From the NCBI RefSeq assembly GCF_000485595.1, contig NW_014577075.1, positions 994,321-1,029,334 of the forward strand: a stretch of DNA of 35,014 bases. The letters are read 5' to 3'. The DNA comes from Priapulus caudatus (Eukaryota). Below the pieces are notes generated by a model. It was not told the DNA's origin. It ran no database searches and worked only from the letters and a program-made list of their open reading frames with translations. The translations under genes were made by a program, and so were the position numbers. Shown piece by piece: positions 24,491 through 35,014 of this stretch (its first letter is position 1; each line of letters starts with the position of its first letter).

Positions 24491-24679
24491 GTTTACAACA
24501 GTTCATACGCTCCGTTTATAATAAAAATAAGCGTTACAATGTACCGCCTCATTCGCTGGGCGGCGCCACCATGCATGCATTGCGCAAGTCTACCGTCCGA
24601 CCGCCTTCGCAAAATATTATCGGTGAGAAACTGCCGGCTAGCTATATCCGTCTATATTTTGCGGGTCTCACTGTGAAAG

Positions 24680-24866
24680 ATGTCGTCTGCCGATGTACAG
24701 AGAGAATTTGACGTGGTTATTTTCGGTGCCACCGGTTTTACCGGCCAATTTGTCGTCGAAGAAATTGCTCGCGTGGTGCAGAAGGAACATGGCATAAAGT
24801 GGGCAATAGCTGGTCGAAACAAATCCAAGCTAGAGACTGTTTTAAAACAAGCTTCTGAAGTAGTTG
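24680..24866 (+). CDS. SCCPDH: SCCPDH exon 1
   Basis: MSSADVQREFDVVIFGATGFTGQ...AIAGRN; donor G|gtacgt. Confidence 0.93.
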
Positions 24867-27800
24867 GTACGTAAAACTGTCCCGCCCACGGGCCACGGCC
24901 ACAGGCACAGGCACAGGCTTGGAACGTTTCAATAGTAATATTATGGTAAATAATCTACTCTCTTTCAGTTTTACCTATTATTGCCGACAATTTCCTGTAA
25001 ATGCCGTCCAAATGCTCATCTGCAATGCTTGTCCGTTGTCGGCAATAATAGGTGAAAGAGAGTAGAGAAATGTTTCTTAAATTTTATTGAAACGCTCCAA
25101 GTGCCTGTGCCGCAACACACGTATACCGTACACGGTACCGCACTCACGCCGCTGTGCACAAACATCAAGAATAAAGCGACTCCCACAGCGGCGTACGTAT
25201 GCAAGCCAGGCGAAGATTTTCGTAGCAAATACATTTTGCGTGTATTTACCATCATTTTACTATTGAAGCGTTCCAAGTTCTTGTGGTCCCGGTCGCCCTT
25301 CTTCGCATGCAACGTCCATATATTTATGTGTACGCCTATTTTGAATATTTGGTACAAAAACACGCTTTCTTGTTTACAGGGAATGATGTCACTGGCACGT
25401 CCATCATCATTGCAGATGTTGCGGATGAGGAATCATTGCTCTCCATGTGTAGGCTCACCCGTATGATCCTAAACTGCGTTGGACCGGTTTGTATTGCAGT
25501 TGAAAGCTTGTAATTTAGTGGACACATTCCAACCTTTTGCACAGTTTTGATGCAGTCTAACCCTGTGATCAACATCATGTGGGTCAGGTGATTCATGTGT
25601 GTATCACGCACGTAGTACAGCAAGCTGGGCTTTGCAATGTAATCATTATAGTAATCGGGCGCGTAGCTAACTCATTTTGTGTGTGTGTGGGGGGGGGGGC
25701 AAAGCCACGTGTGTGGTGTGTTTTGGGGAGGTGACCGCCATCGACCACATATTGTATCTACTTTTTTTCTGGGGGGGGCAACTGCCCCTTGCCCCCCCCC
25801 CCTGCTAGCTACGGCCCTGGTAACGATATAAACATAAGAGTTTCAATACTATTTCGTATGTCTACTCCTGGTATAATCACATTTAGCTCGTATGTTTTAA
25901 TGGCGAATTTAACTGGATAGAATACGAATGCCATGTTGATTCAGATGTTGACCTGTATTTCAGTATCGCTTTTTTGGAGAGCCAGTTGTCAAAGCCTGTG
26001 TGGAGGCAGGGTCCCATCACCTTGATATAAGCGGGGAGCCACAGGTAATGTGGAACGTACATATCACAATAATATATCAACAAATAGACAACGCATATAT
26101 ACATCTGTGAGATCATGTGGTTTTCATTATCCATACCTTCAAGAAGTTGACGTTAACCTGTAACCATGTCTGCGAGATACTACGCCTATCGATCCATGGA
26201 ACGTTAGAACGTCTTATCATAGCAAAGCTTGCCTAGAGGCATCTGGCAATCATGGCAGGGAGATTGCGTGACTGCCTTTAACAATGTAGCCCAGTGTGTA
26301 ATCTCACACGTGTTGTAGTTTATAGAGACGATGCAGCTGAAGTATCATGACGCGGCGCAGAAGGCTGGATGCTACATCATCAGCACCTGTGGATTTGACA
26401 GCATACCTGCCGACCTGGGAGTCATCTTCACCAGAGACGTGTTCAAAGGTATGCTGGCTATATCAAGCTAGATCCTCTCTTAACGTATTCCCGCTCATTA
26501 TCTTCACTGCAGCATACGAAACGTACGTTATATATCTACTAAACCAGTTACACTACCATTGATGAAACATGCACCATGAAAAGTTTTGGGTGCTTCCTTG
26601 GAAATACAGTGTATAATTAACAAAATTTAATGTTTTTATTATGAAGGAGATCTGAACTCCATAGAGGCTTACCTCAGTATAAACACTGGGCCAGAGGCAA
26701 GTAGAATATTTACATCTTCTCGGTTATCAATCTGTAGCATTTAATATATCACAAAAGCAACTAGACATGTTTTGGAATACATGATACTTTCTCAGACTGT
26801 TTGGTTTTGACAGACAGCAAATTTTTCAACCCACTTCTCTGTGAATATTTATGTCTAATCTGAGTGGGAGAAGTTTGAAATTTATAATATATATTTAATA
26901 CTTGATATCCATGTTATCATATTATAACTATACAAAAGCCTATTAGTAGTCCACATAATTAGTTTAATTACAATGAGCTATGGTTTATTCATATATGCCC
27001 GTTCCCTAGGAAAGTTCTTGTTTATGTGTTGGTTCTGTCTATCCTCATGCCAGGGAGGATCATGGAATTATGGAACGTATCAGACAGCTATACATTCTGT
27101 ACCCCATACCAGAGATGAGCTACTGTTTGGCAAGAAGTTAGTTTCTTATGAAGTCCCCCCACCTGCCCATAAGGCGACGAAAAGGTAACAACGAACACTA
27201 GGTCAACGCGAACCATCAAGCATGCCTTTGCTGTTAGTAATGACACCGAAAAAGTAACAAACGCTCGCACTGGTGTAGCGTACAATGATCAGTGCTGCCG
27301 AATAGCAGATGTCATGTCTGGGGGTATGTCTGGTAAGAGCTGGGGGTGGTGGGGGGGATACAGCAATGAACAGGGAATGTAATGTTAGAGTTGTAGGAAT
27401 TCCAAAATACAACAGTGAACAGGGAATTTAAAGTGAGAGTTAGAGGAATACCAAGATGCAACAATAAGCAGGGAATGTTAGGTAAGAGTGTTGGGGAATA
27501 CAAGAATATAACAATAAATGGAATTTCAGGTGAGAGTGGGAGGGTGGGATACAAGAATACAACAATAACTAGGGAACATCAGGTGAGAGCAAGGGCATAC
27601 AACAGTAAGTGTTGAATAGTTGTTTACTAACTGCCAAGGCATGTTCGATGGTCGCTCGATCCCATGATCTCATCTCGCGCACCTTCATTCCATTTTCTTA
27701 TGCGTCTAGGGAGGCGGCGGTCACTACGCTACGTATGAGTCGGCCATTCACGGGTTTGCGTCTGTCAAAGAGTTGTCGGCACTGAGGAAAACCCTATTCG

Positions 27801-30800
27801 TTAAACCTCTGCCAAAGCCAGCCCACAGACTGCAGAGAAGGTACAGCCAGCATAGCAAGAGATAGAGGGGTGCTGGTACTCTGATGTGATCGGGGACGTA
27901 TTCGTCCCGCACGGATGCTCGCGCCACGCACCGATGTTGCCATGGTGACCTTCATGTGTGTGATTCTTGCAGGCCGCAATTGTTTCGCGGGGAGAGGGTT
28001 GGAAGCGACTGGTGCGTTCACTTCCAGGGAGCAGATCGCTCCGTCGTGCAGAGGACACAGAGGTTCAACTACGAGCAGCTTAAAGAGCGGCCGGTACGCC
28101 CCAGTTCATAGATGTAATCGTAACGCGGAGAAGCGTGCAGAATTAGTCGACCTATTAGCCGTTCATGTGCGTGTGAGCTGACCAGGCTATATCCTCTCCA
28201 ATGCGGTCGGTCAAGCGCACACAGATTGTACGTGCATATTTGGACGCCAAAGTGTTGGCTTCGCGGCACTTCGTTGTTAAGCATAGTTTTTAGAGTCTGC
28301 CTATGCCTGCACTTATTGGCTAGAGTTGTCTGTCGATCAGCCAGGCGAATATTAGGATTGCAGCAGCTCACCTGATTGTATAGTATGCTGTTATAGATAC
28401 ATTTGTAGTGTGGAAGCCAAGGCCATCCTTAAAAAATTATATGTTTGCTGTCCTCCGACCGACCCACGAAAATAGCCGCGACCCAAAAGTTTTTTTTTAC
28501 ATTTTGGGTTCCATATTTTTAACATTTTTTTACATTTTTTTTTTACATTTTTCATAATTAAGACTGAAACACAAAGCATGTGTGGCAAACATGAGGACAG
28601 ACTTAAAAGAACTATTATGCCTCACAAAAAAGAAGACCTACCTACCTACCCACTAAAAAAATCATGGGTCGGAGGACAGCAAACATAGAATTTTTTAAGG
28701 ATGGCCCAAATGCAAAACCAACTGTTATTGTGCATACAGGGCGTCCGATTCAGTTGTAATTACAGTGGAAGTAAGATCACACTCGGTCACGCCAACTCAG
28801 TCGGTAGCTTAGCAGTGGTTAGTACGCAGTCCGTACGTGAAATGTGCACTTGATTTTCAGGTGCAGTTCAATCCATTTGTGAGGATTTCCTCCACATTCT
28901 GGCTTGTCATCATTGCACTCATGACCACCATCTTCTCCCTGCTCGCAAACTTTAGCTTTGGAAGAAGCCTGCTGGAAAAGGTGAGCATGTTGTCTGGGAA
29001 CTGTTGACACCGAGGTGTAATGGCCACGGGCACGCTGTCAGAAACAAATTTTTTCATTCCCTTAGGTGTGCAATGTTTCTGTTTACAGTATGAGAGAAAA
29101 AGTCAATGTTAAGACTGGCATTTGGAATAATTTTGTTTTTGAAAACTGGCCCCTGGATGCTATTCCAGAGAGAACGGGACACGCATTGAGAAAACGTTGG
29201 AGTTGGCTAGTCGTTTCTGCTTTTTCGTGTCATGTCGATGATAATATGGGTCAAGACGTCAAGGTTAATTGTAATTACCTCCGCCCAACGGAGTTGGAGG
29301 AGGTTATGGTTTCGCTATTGTGTGTTCGTGTGTTCGCGCGATCGATATTAGCGCGGCGGTCGATCGATATCACCCAGCGAGCCAGCGAGGCAGCAAGCAT
29401 GTCGCTGGCGGAGGTATGCACTCTGTGAGTGCACTCTGTCTAGTTCATATTTGTAACAAGTGTTCCTCTTGTACGGTTTACAACGATTGCTTGTGACCAT
29501 TGAAGGAAATCATGTTTATTACTTAATTTCATTATAAATAATATCATTACTGAACTATCTGTGTGAATAGCTAGAATTATATTTTATACCTGTCTTATTT
29601 GTTACAGTTGCCTGATTCTAATATAGTTCTCCTGTATATCTCTAGGCATAAGGCATGAGTGTGGCGCAGTGCCACATTAAAGCTAATTACATTATTGATG
29701 GAGTGATTGCAGTGTAGTGATTCACGTTGTATTTGGCAAGTTGACAACTCACTGTTTCTTTATTATTAGTACCCCAAGATATTCACTCTCGGATATTTCA
29801 GCCACGAAGGTCCCACGAAGAAGCAGGTTGGTTATCCTTCACTTTTGGCAGGTGTACATTTCATGTAGAAACGGTAGAAGTGCATAATAGTCAATAGTTG
29901 TTGATAATTATAAATAACAGGCATATCAAATACATATATGCACTACTGCATGGTCATCAAACGGGATTGTGTGTAACAAAACGTGGAAACAAGAAAACAG
30001 CGACAAGTTCTTAGGTTCTTGTTTTCCATGCCTGCAGATTGAGGGTTCCTCCTTCTCCTGGCATTTTGTCGGGGAGGGATACGAAACGAAGATCGCGGAT
30101 CCTGACCAGCAACACGATGATAAGCCGTCAAAGATGATTGAAACACGAGTGTGCGGGCCGGGTATGTGTTCTCGACGCTCGTGACAGAGTTGCCGTACCG
30201 TTCTAGAACGTTACCGTTGACAACGTAACATTTTTTTGAAATGAAAGTATGTGACCATTGATTTATACAATGATTCGATGAATCGATTTGTACTCGATCA
30301 CCGATTGATGGTCTTTCATCGAAGGTTTTGTAGATGGATGCACTGCAGAAACTATCATTTTCCTGTTATGGTTGCTCGCCGACTTCTAATAGTGCAACTG
30401 TTTTACTTTGGTAGGAATATATATTACGATTGAAGTGAATATGATGCAAGTCATCCAACTATACTCTTATTCACATCACCAGTTAGTGTTCCTGTTCATA
30501 CTGCATATTGTTCATTATATTATGTCACTGTCTTTAAATATGATTGTGATTGTGTTGCGTGCACAGAGCCAGGATATGTTACCACCCCTATCTGCCTGGT
30601 CGCTGCCGCCATGACAGTTCTAAAGGAAGCCGAAAAAATGCCACTCGAGTAAGTATATGCATTATGCACCTTGAAGGACTGTTTCAGACTACTAAATGCC
30701 TGCAGCAGTTTACACGTATTTAGTTTGCCAGAGACCTGACAAAAAGGAATAATCTTTTGCCATTTTTGCATGTATGTAATGTGAAATTCCGTTTCGTTTA

Positions 30801-30904
30801 TTCCCCTCTGCAGTGGTGGAGTGCTGACCCCTGGTGGTGCATTTAGAAAGACGTCGCTGCGTGACAGACTCACTGAGGCTGGCATGAAGTTTGAGAAGCT
30901 GTAG
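24680..30904 (+). CDS. SCCPDH: Saccharopine dehydrogenase-like oxidoreductase, 12 coding exons, 426 aa: join(24680-24866,25380-25486,25964-26044,26319-26448,26647-26696,[27054-27184 or 27710-27840],27973-28093,28861-28980,29770-29826,30038-30161,30567-30648,30814-30904)
   Basis: Rossmann motif FGATGFTG, then LNCVGPYRFFGEPVVKAC, DISGEP, CGFDSIPADLG, PGYVTT and GGVLTPG. All intron phases are compatible and the exons sum to 1281 nt ending in TAG. Confidence 0.95.
25380..25486 (+). CDS. SCCPDH: SCCPDH exon 2
   Basis: Acceptor tttacag|; IIIADVADEESLLSMC...LNCVGP; donor |gtttgt. Confidence 0.92.
25656..25819. mobile_element. hAT-type MITE in SCCPDH intron 2
   Basis: Ends GGGCGCGTAGCTA...TAGCTACGGCCCTG with subterminal GGGGGCAA/TGCCCC motifs; no clean TSD. 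Confidence 0.6.
25964..26044 (+). CDS. SCCPDH: SCCPDH exon 3
   Basis: Acceptor tttcag|; YRFFGEPVVKACVEAGSHHLDISGEPQ; donor |gtaatg. Confidence 0.93.
26319..26448 (+). CDS. SCCPDH: SCCPDH exon 4
   Basis: Acceptor ttgtag|; FIETMQLKYHDAAQ...CGFDSIPADLG; donor |gtatgc. Confidence 0.93.
26647..26696 (+). CDS. SCCPDH: SCCPDH exon 5 (GC donor)
   Basis: GDLNSIEAYLSINTGPE then GAG|gcaagt; the 50-nt length restores phase 0. Confidence 0.87.
27054..27184 (+). CDS. SCCPDH: SCCPDH exon 6A (alternative, predicted mutually exclusive)
   Basis: cag|GGSWNYGTYQTAIHSVPHTRDELLFGKKLVSYEVPPPAHKATKR|gtaaca; 131 nt, stop-free, homologous to 6B. Confidence 0.82.
27208..27655 (+). promoter_or_regulatory. Long-range intronic RNA stem (arms 27208-27240 and 27624-27655) between SCCPDH exons 6A and 6B, covering branch point TACTAAC 27625-27631
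   Basis: GCGAACCATCAAGCATGCCTTTGCTGTTAGTAA is complementary to TTACTAACTGCCAAGGCATGTTCGATGGTCGC: 29 pairs (one G-U), 3 mismatches, 1 bulge. Confidence 0.72.
27365..27610 (+). repeat. Degenerate ~50-bp purine-rich tandem repeat (~5 units) in the loop of the intronic stem
   Basis: Recurrent motif AGGGAAT...GTGAGAGT...GGAATACAAGAATACAACA. Confidence 0.7.
27710..27840 (+). CDS. SCCPDH: SCCPDH exon 6B (alternative, closer to the family consensus)
   Basis: tag|GGGGHYATYESAIHGFASVKELSALRKTLFVKPLPKPAHRLQRR|gtacag; 131 nt. Confidence 0.9.
27973..28093 (+). CDS. SCCPDH: SCCPDH exon 7
   Basis: Acceptor ttgcag|; ...WCVHFQGADRSVVQRTQRFNYEQLKERP; donor |gtacgc. Confidence 0.9.
28421..28706. mobile_element. 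PIF/Harbinger-type MITE in SCCPDH intron 7
   Basis: ~40-bp TIR GGCCATCCTTAAAAAATT(A/C)TATGTTTGCTGTCCTCCGACC; flanked by 3-bp direct repeat CAA. Confidence 0.85.
28861..28980 (+). CDS. SCCPDH: SCCPDH exon 8 (hydrophobic segment)
   Basis: Acceptor ttttcag|; VQFNPFVRISSTFWLVIIALMTTIFSLLANFSFGRSLLEK; donor |gtgagc. Confidence 0.92.
29770..29826 (+). CDS. SCCPDH: SCCPDH exon 9
   Basis: tag|YPKIFTLGYFSHEGPTKKQ|gttggt. Confidence 0.92.
30038..30161 (+). CDS. SCCPDH: SCCPDH exon 10
   Basis: cag|IEGSSFSWHFVGEGY...TRVCGP|gtatgt. Confidence 0.92.
30567..30648 (+). CDS. SCCPDH: SCCPDH exon 11
   Basis: cag|EPGYVTTPICLVAAAMTVLKEAEKMPL|gtaagt. Confidence 0.93.
30814..30904 (+). CDS. SCCPDH: SCCPDH exon 12
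   Basis: cag|GGVLTPGGAFRKTSLRDRLTEAGMKFEKL*. Confidence 0.93.
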
Positions 30905-31864
30905 ACGACATTGCTGGCTGGCTGTAGGCCATGTCTGTGGGCAGAGAAGGTAGAGAAGTGGGATAGGAAAGCAGTGATGGTATGGATGCAATTGATGACC
31001 CCTGCTTAATACCGACTACTATTCAGAGACAGCAGCTATATTACACAGAGAGACTTGCTAATGAATCTAGATCGGTATTACCGCTTCGGCTTTCTCATAC
31101 GTTTACTAAAAGCAATTTCAGTTTTTTCAATTTCAGGACAAAAATTTTAAAAGAAATTGTATGTGGTCTGTGTGATACTGGCTACCGACTATACATTTTG
31201 ATGATTCTTATTACAAATATTTTATGGTTAATGGTTAGTCTTCACTCTATATCTAGTGTTGTCTATGTTATTGTGTAGTAACCATTATTATTTGAAGAAA
31301 AAACGAGACTACTTCGTAAAATTTCTTATGCCAAAGATATTATTTTTGATTGAGTATGGAACTTTACTGCTTATACTGATCATACTATTACTCATGACAG
31401 ATATATATATATTATATAAATATCTCTATTATCCACTCCTGATATAATGTTTGAGTACGAGTTGACTGCTAGTGGTTATGTCAAACCAGTGGTTAGGTTA
31501 AATTACAGAGATAAATATCTGTAGATGATGTGGAAGCACTGTAGGGCATATAGTATCATCACTCGATTATTAAAGGTGATATACATCATGGTATTAGTTC
31601 AGTGTTTAAATTTATGTATGCATGTTAAACAAAACAAAGGATTATTCAGAACGATGAATCTATTGTCTCTAATGTCTAGTGTTCCACATGTCAGACATTA
31701 ACAGATTACTTAGAAATGTGAAGAGAATATGAAATTGCAGTGTTTAAAAACGAAACAGGGTAAAAATATAATTGCATAGAAATTTATAGTTGAATATGTT
31801 CTTCGTCAATTTTTATCGGCTGGACAGCTGTATGTGTTCGTTCTCATTCTCAATGTGGCTAGTA

Positions 31865-32520
31865 CAGTAGAACTCGCGTAAGTCGACATCGTCTAAGTCA
31901 TCAATTCGCGTAAGTCGACATGGAAGTCAAAGTCCCGATTCGCTCTCATAGTAAATCCATTGGAATAGCCCCGCCTAAGTCGACATTTATAAGTCGTCAT
32001 TATGAACAAGTCGACGCCCTCAGACAGGTACCATGTAATACAAACAACAGTAATTTCCCATCTGTAATGCTAGCCGCACACTATACGATTTTGCACTGTG
32101 CACAGCACTGAGCCCTCGCACACTATACAACCCGCTCCCGATCGATCGGGAGGCCCCCGCACACTGTCCGACTCAAAGTTGGCGCAAACCATGGCACTCT
32201 CGTGGCGTTCCAAGCGGATTTAGCGTGTACTAAGGGTCGGGAGTGTTTTCCCGCCATTTTTACCGAATGCGGTTCCCATGGCGCTGCTCTGTGATTGGTC
32301 AATTTTCTTCAGCGCTCGGCGGCGGGTCGGATGGCCACGCACACTATCTGAGTCGCGTCGTAAGCCCTCGCACACTATACGACCCGCTCCGCTCCCGATT
32401 CAAAATTCGAATCGGCCCAAAATGACCTCCCGAGCCAAACTTAAGCCTCCTGATGGCAGACGTAAGCCTCCCAATCGCGCTCTGGTCATATAGTGTGCGG
32501 CTAGCATTAGTCGACATTGG
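31865..32520. mobile_element. Tc1/mariner-type MITE left arm (ta|CAGTAGAACTC, repeated TAAGTCGAC) carrying a nested MITE
   Basis: TA+CAGT terminus; GTCGAC motifs resume at 32510 after the nested insertion; right TIR not found. Confidence 0.55.
32065..32509. mobile_element. Nested MITE with perfect 21-bp inverted ends
   Basis: TAATGCTAGCCGCACACTATA ... TATAGTGTGCGGCTAGCATTA; internal CGCACACT repeats. Confidence 0.85.
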
Positions 32521-32715
32521 AAATGCCGATGGCGCAGTGTACGGTCTATAGACCAGTCTTAAATATTATTCATGACCTGGGGTCATCGCACGAAAACGAG
32601 GCTAAGCTAGGCAATTTTGTAAACAATGGCTGCTCAGGCAGGCACGTATAGAGGGGGTACACGCACGTACACGCGGGTACACGGAGATACACGCAGGTAC
32701 ACGCACGTACACGCG

Positions 32716-33733
32716 CAGGGGCGTAGCCAGTATGTAGCACTGTAGGCCCGGCCCTATACTTTTTTTGGCCAAGTTATCTTTTTTTTAAACACCTATAATT
32801 CAAATCCATAAGCTTGCTGGACGAGTTTAAAAGTCTAGACAGGAAAAACTATTGAAATGAACGTAGCAAGAATGTGGCTAAATTAGGTGACCTATTCTTC
32901 TGTCATCTAGGCCTAACGCCTCATGGTTGAATGAACAACCATGGCAAAGGTACTCTGCTAGTAAAGACGGTGTTTACTGTTGTTACTGTCGTTTATTCGG
33001 TACCGGCGGTAGTGGTGAAGCGGATCACAGCCTGTGAGTGACTGGAAAAACATTTCTCTTATGATTAAGAGGCACCTAAAATGTAAGGCCCATCTAACAA
33101 ACACTGTCAAAGCAGAGAGTTTCCTGTCTGTATCACTTGGTAAACAAAAAGATGTACGTAGTCAGTTGTCATCAGCTTTTTCAAAGCAAATAGAACGTAA
33201 CCGTAAAATCATATCTAGCATACTCGATGTAATCATTCTTTGTGGTAAACAGAACATACCATTAAGAGGTAGAACCGAAGACAGAAGCAATTTTATGGCT
33301 CTGATCAATTTCCATGCTAAGGCTAACCCTGTCCTTGAACAGCATTTTGCCAATGCACCCAACAATGCTAAATATCTGTCACCACATATACAAAATGAAT
33401 TGATTGAGCTTTGTGGAGAACAGATAAAGGATACCATTGTAAAAGATTGTAATGATTCTGTTTGCTTCGGCTTGATGGCTGATGAGGCTACCGATTGTGC
33501 AACACTTGAGCAAGTTGCAATGTGTGTTAGATTTGTACAAAGGAAAACAAACAATATCGCAGTATGTGAAGTTTCTTGGCTTCAAAGATGCGTGTTCAAC
33601 TACAGGTGAAGCCTTAGCAAACCAGTTCTGCCAAACACTAGATGAGTGTGGCATCAATGCCAATAAGATGAGAGCCCAATGCTATGATGGGGCCTCTAAT
33701 ATGAGCGGAAAGTATTGTGATGTCCAGCCCTAG
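32716..33733 (+). mobile_element. Truncated hAT DNA transposon with frameshifted transposase (ZMYM1/THAP12-like, DUF4371-type)
   Basis: Left end CAGGGGCGTAGCCAG. W..YSASKDGVYCCYCRLF zinc-finger-like motif. ORF 33034-33609 with CGKQNIPLRG, NAKYLSPHIQNELI, LMADEATD, QVAMCVRFV, then a frameshift to KFLGF...RAQCYDGASNMSG. Confidence 0.88.
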
Positions 33734-35014
33734 TGTTTACGTTTTGTATCGATGCTGACTCTATGTGCGCAATGTGACGCATGCGTGAGCGGACATCCGG
33801 TAATAAGAAATAAAAAGGAGCAGCGGGAATGGATTGGACAGAAACGAGGTTTTTATAATATCCTCGGAGTCTTCAACACATTATGTTTTGATATCATCCA
33901 ATCAACATAACAAATAAGAACATACATTGGCGACGACGATCAATACATCAACTAAGAAGCACGTGAGTGAGGAAATGCAGCCAATTCAGCTAACAACCGC
34001 CTCCGTACGACCGTGGTGTGAATGCCGACGAAGGGGCAAATAATGTCGTATGGGACGAAATGCTGGCGGTGAACTGGAATTAACGTGTTTCGACCGCTTT
34101 GCATGAATAACGCGGTGCAAAAAGAAGGGATACTGCTGTATGTATCGGTGGTTCCGACCTCAAATGAACATGCGGTAGACAGCTTCGATCACAGTTTATG
34201 GAGCGTCTATGCCATCGCGCCTGGAAATCCCAGGGTCGTGAAGGTCAAACAGCTGTGGCAGGGTGCAGAAGGACGTTTACGGGCGATAACGCGGGCCGAT
34301 CACGCTTATTTAACCCGGCGAGCCAACATGAAGTTCAAAGTACCGTCGTCAGAAAGATTAACTGTCGCAGGATAGCACCCAAGCATAGACAATTTTACTG
34401 CGTATCCTAAACAACTTGCAGAACCTCGTATTCGGCGGAGCCTCAATCATAAGTCAAGTCACAGATCATCATGGTGCGGCATAGACAAGGTCCGTACAAG
34501 GGGCTGAGCGATCCACGTAACATAGCACCCAGCTGTTGCAATACCTGCCGGAAACCTGTGAAGTGACACAGTGCTGCAGCAGCGTCCAAGGCGATCAAAA
34601 GAGGTCAAGGGGGTTAAATCTCGCTAAGCACGGAACAAACCAACGTGCATTGCAAATGTCAAAACAGCAGTCCAAAACAGCCATGCCGGGAAATTCACCA
34701 CCTCCGCCATCTCAAAACCAGCTGCCAAACAGCACCTACTAAGAAGTGCCGGAATCTGGGAGGTCAGGGTGCTCACACCAAAGTGATCAAAAAGTCCGCG
34801 AGGTCAAGCCGTAGATAATGTGGAAGCAAAACCCATTTTGCGCGTATTTTTCAACGCAAGAGTGCACTAACATAATTATGGAGGGAGTTAGAAGACAACT
34901 GGAGTTTTTGTACACCTACAAGGAACATAGAAGGCCCAGTGCCGCCTCATGACCGACATTTTTGACATCAACATTGGCAAAACATACCACATCCAGACTC
35001 ATGATGCGGACTCC
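33734..35014 (+). mobile_element. 5' part of a degraded Gypsy-like LTR retrotransposon interrupting the hAT transposase
   Basis: Putative LTR TG...CA at 33734-33926 with AATAAA, directly followed by PBS-like TGGCGACGA; zinc-knuckle-like CNTCRKP at ~34537; pre-RT-like IGKTYHIQT at the window end. Confidence 0.55.

Overview
Eukaryotic (invertebrate metazoan) genomic DNA, not prokaryotic. The left half (1-16516) is repeat-rich, indel-noisy and partly duplicated, and looks like long-read gap fill. It holds MITEs, a CR1/L2-type LINE remnant and two copies of a 36-bp minisatellite that may encode a His-rich repeat protein. The right half is cleaner. On the minus strand, a two-exon SMIM8 gene is followed only 134 nt later by an uninterrupted CMC1 ORF, a candidate bicistronic or shared-exon mitochondrial locus. 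Upstream of these lies a decayed, tandemly amplified CCHamide/bombesin-receptor-like GPCR exon. On the plus strand is a complete 12-exon SCCPDH gene (426 aa), preceded by an internally deleted Gypsy LTR element and followed by MITEs, a hAT transposase remnant and another LTR element. The main novel signal is in SCCPDH: two tandem homologous 131-nt versions of exon 6 that are predicted to be mutually exclusive. The intron between them is bracketed by a ~29-bp long-range RNA stem that buries a perfect TACTAAC branch point, and the intron feeding them starts with a GC donor. All calls come from manual reading and remembered family motifs; no searches were run.
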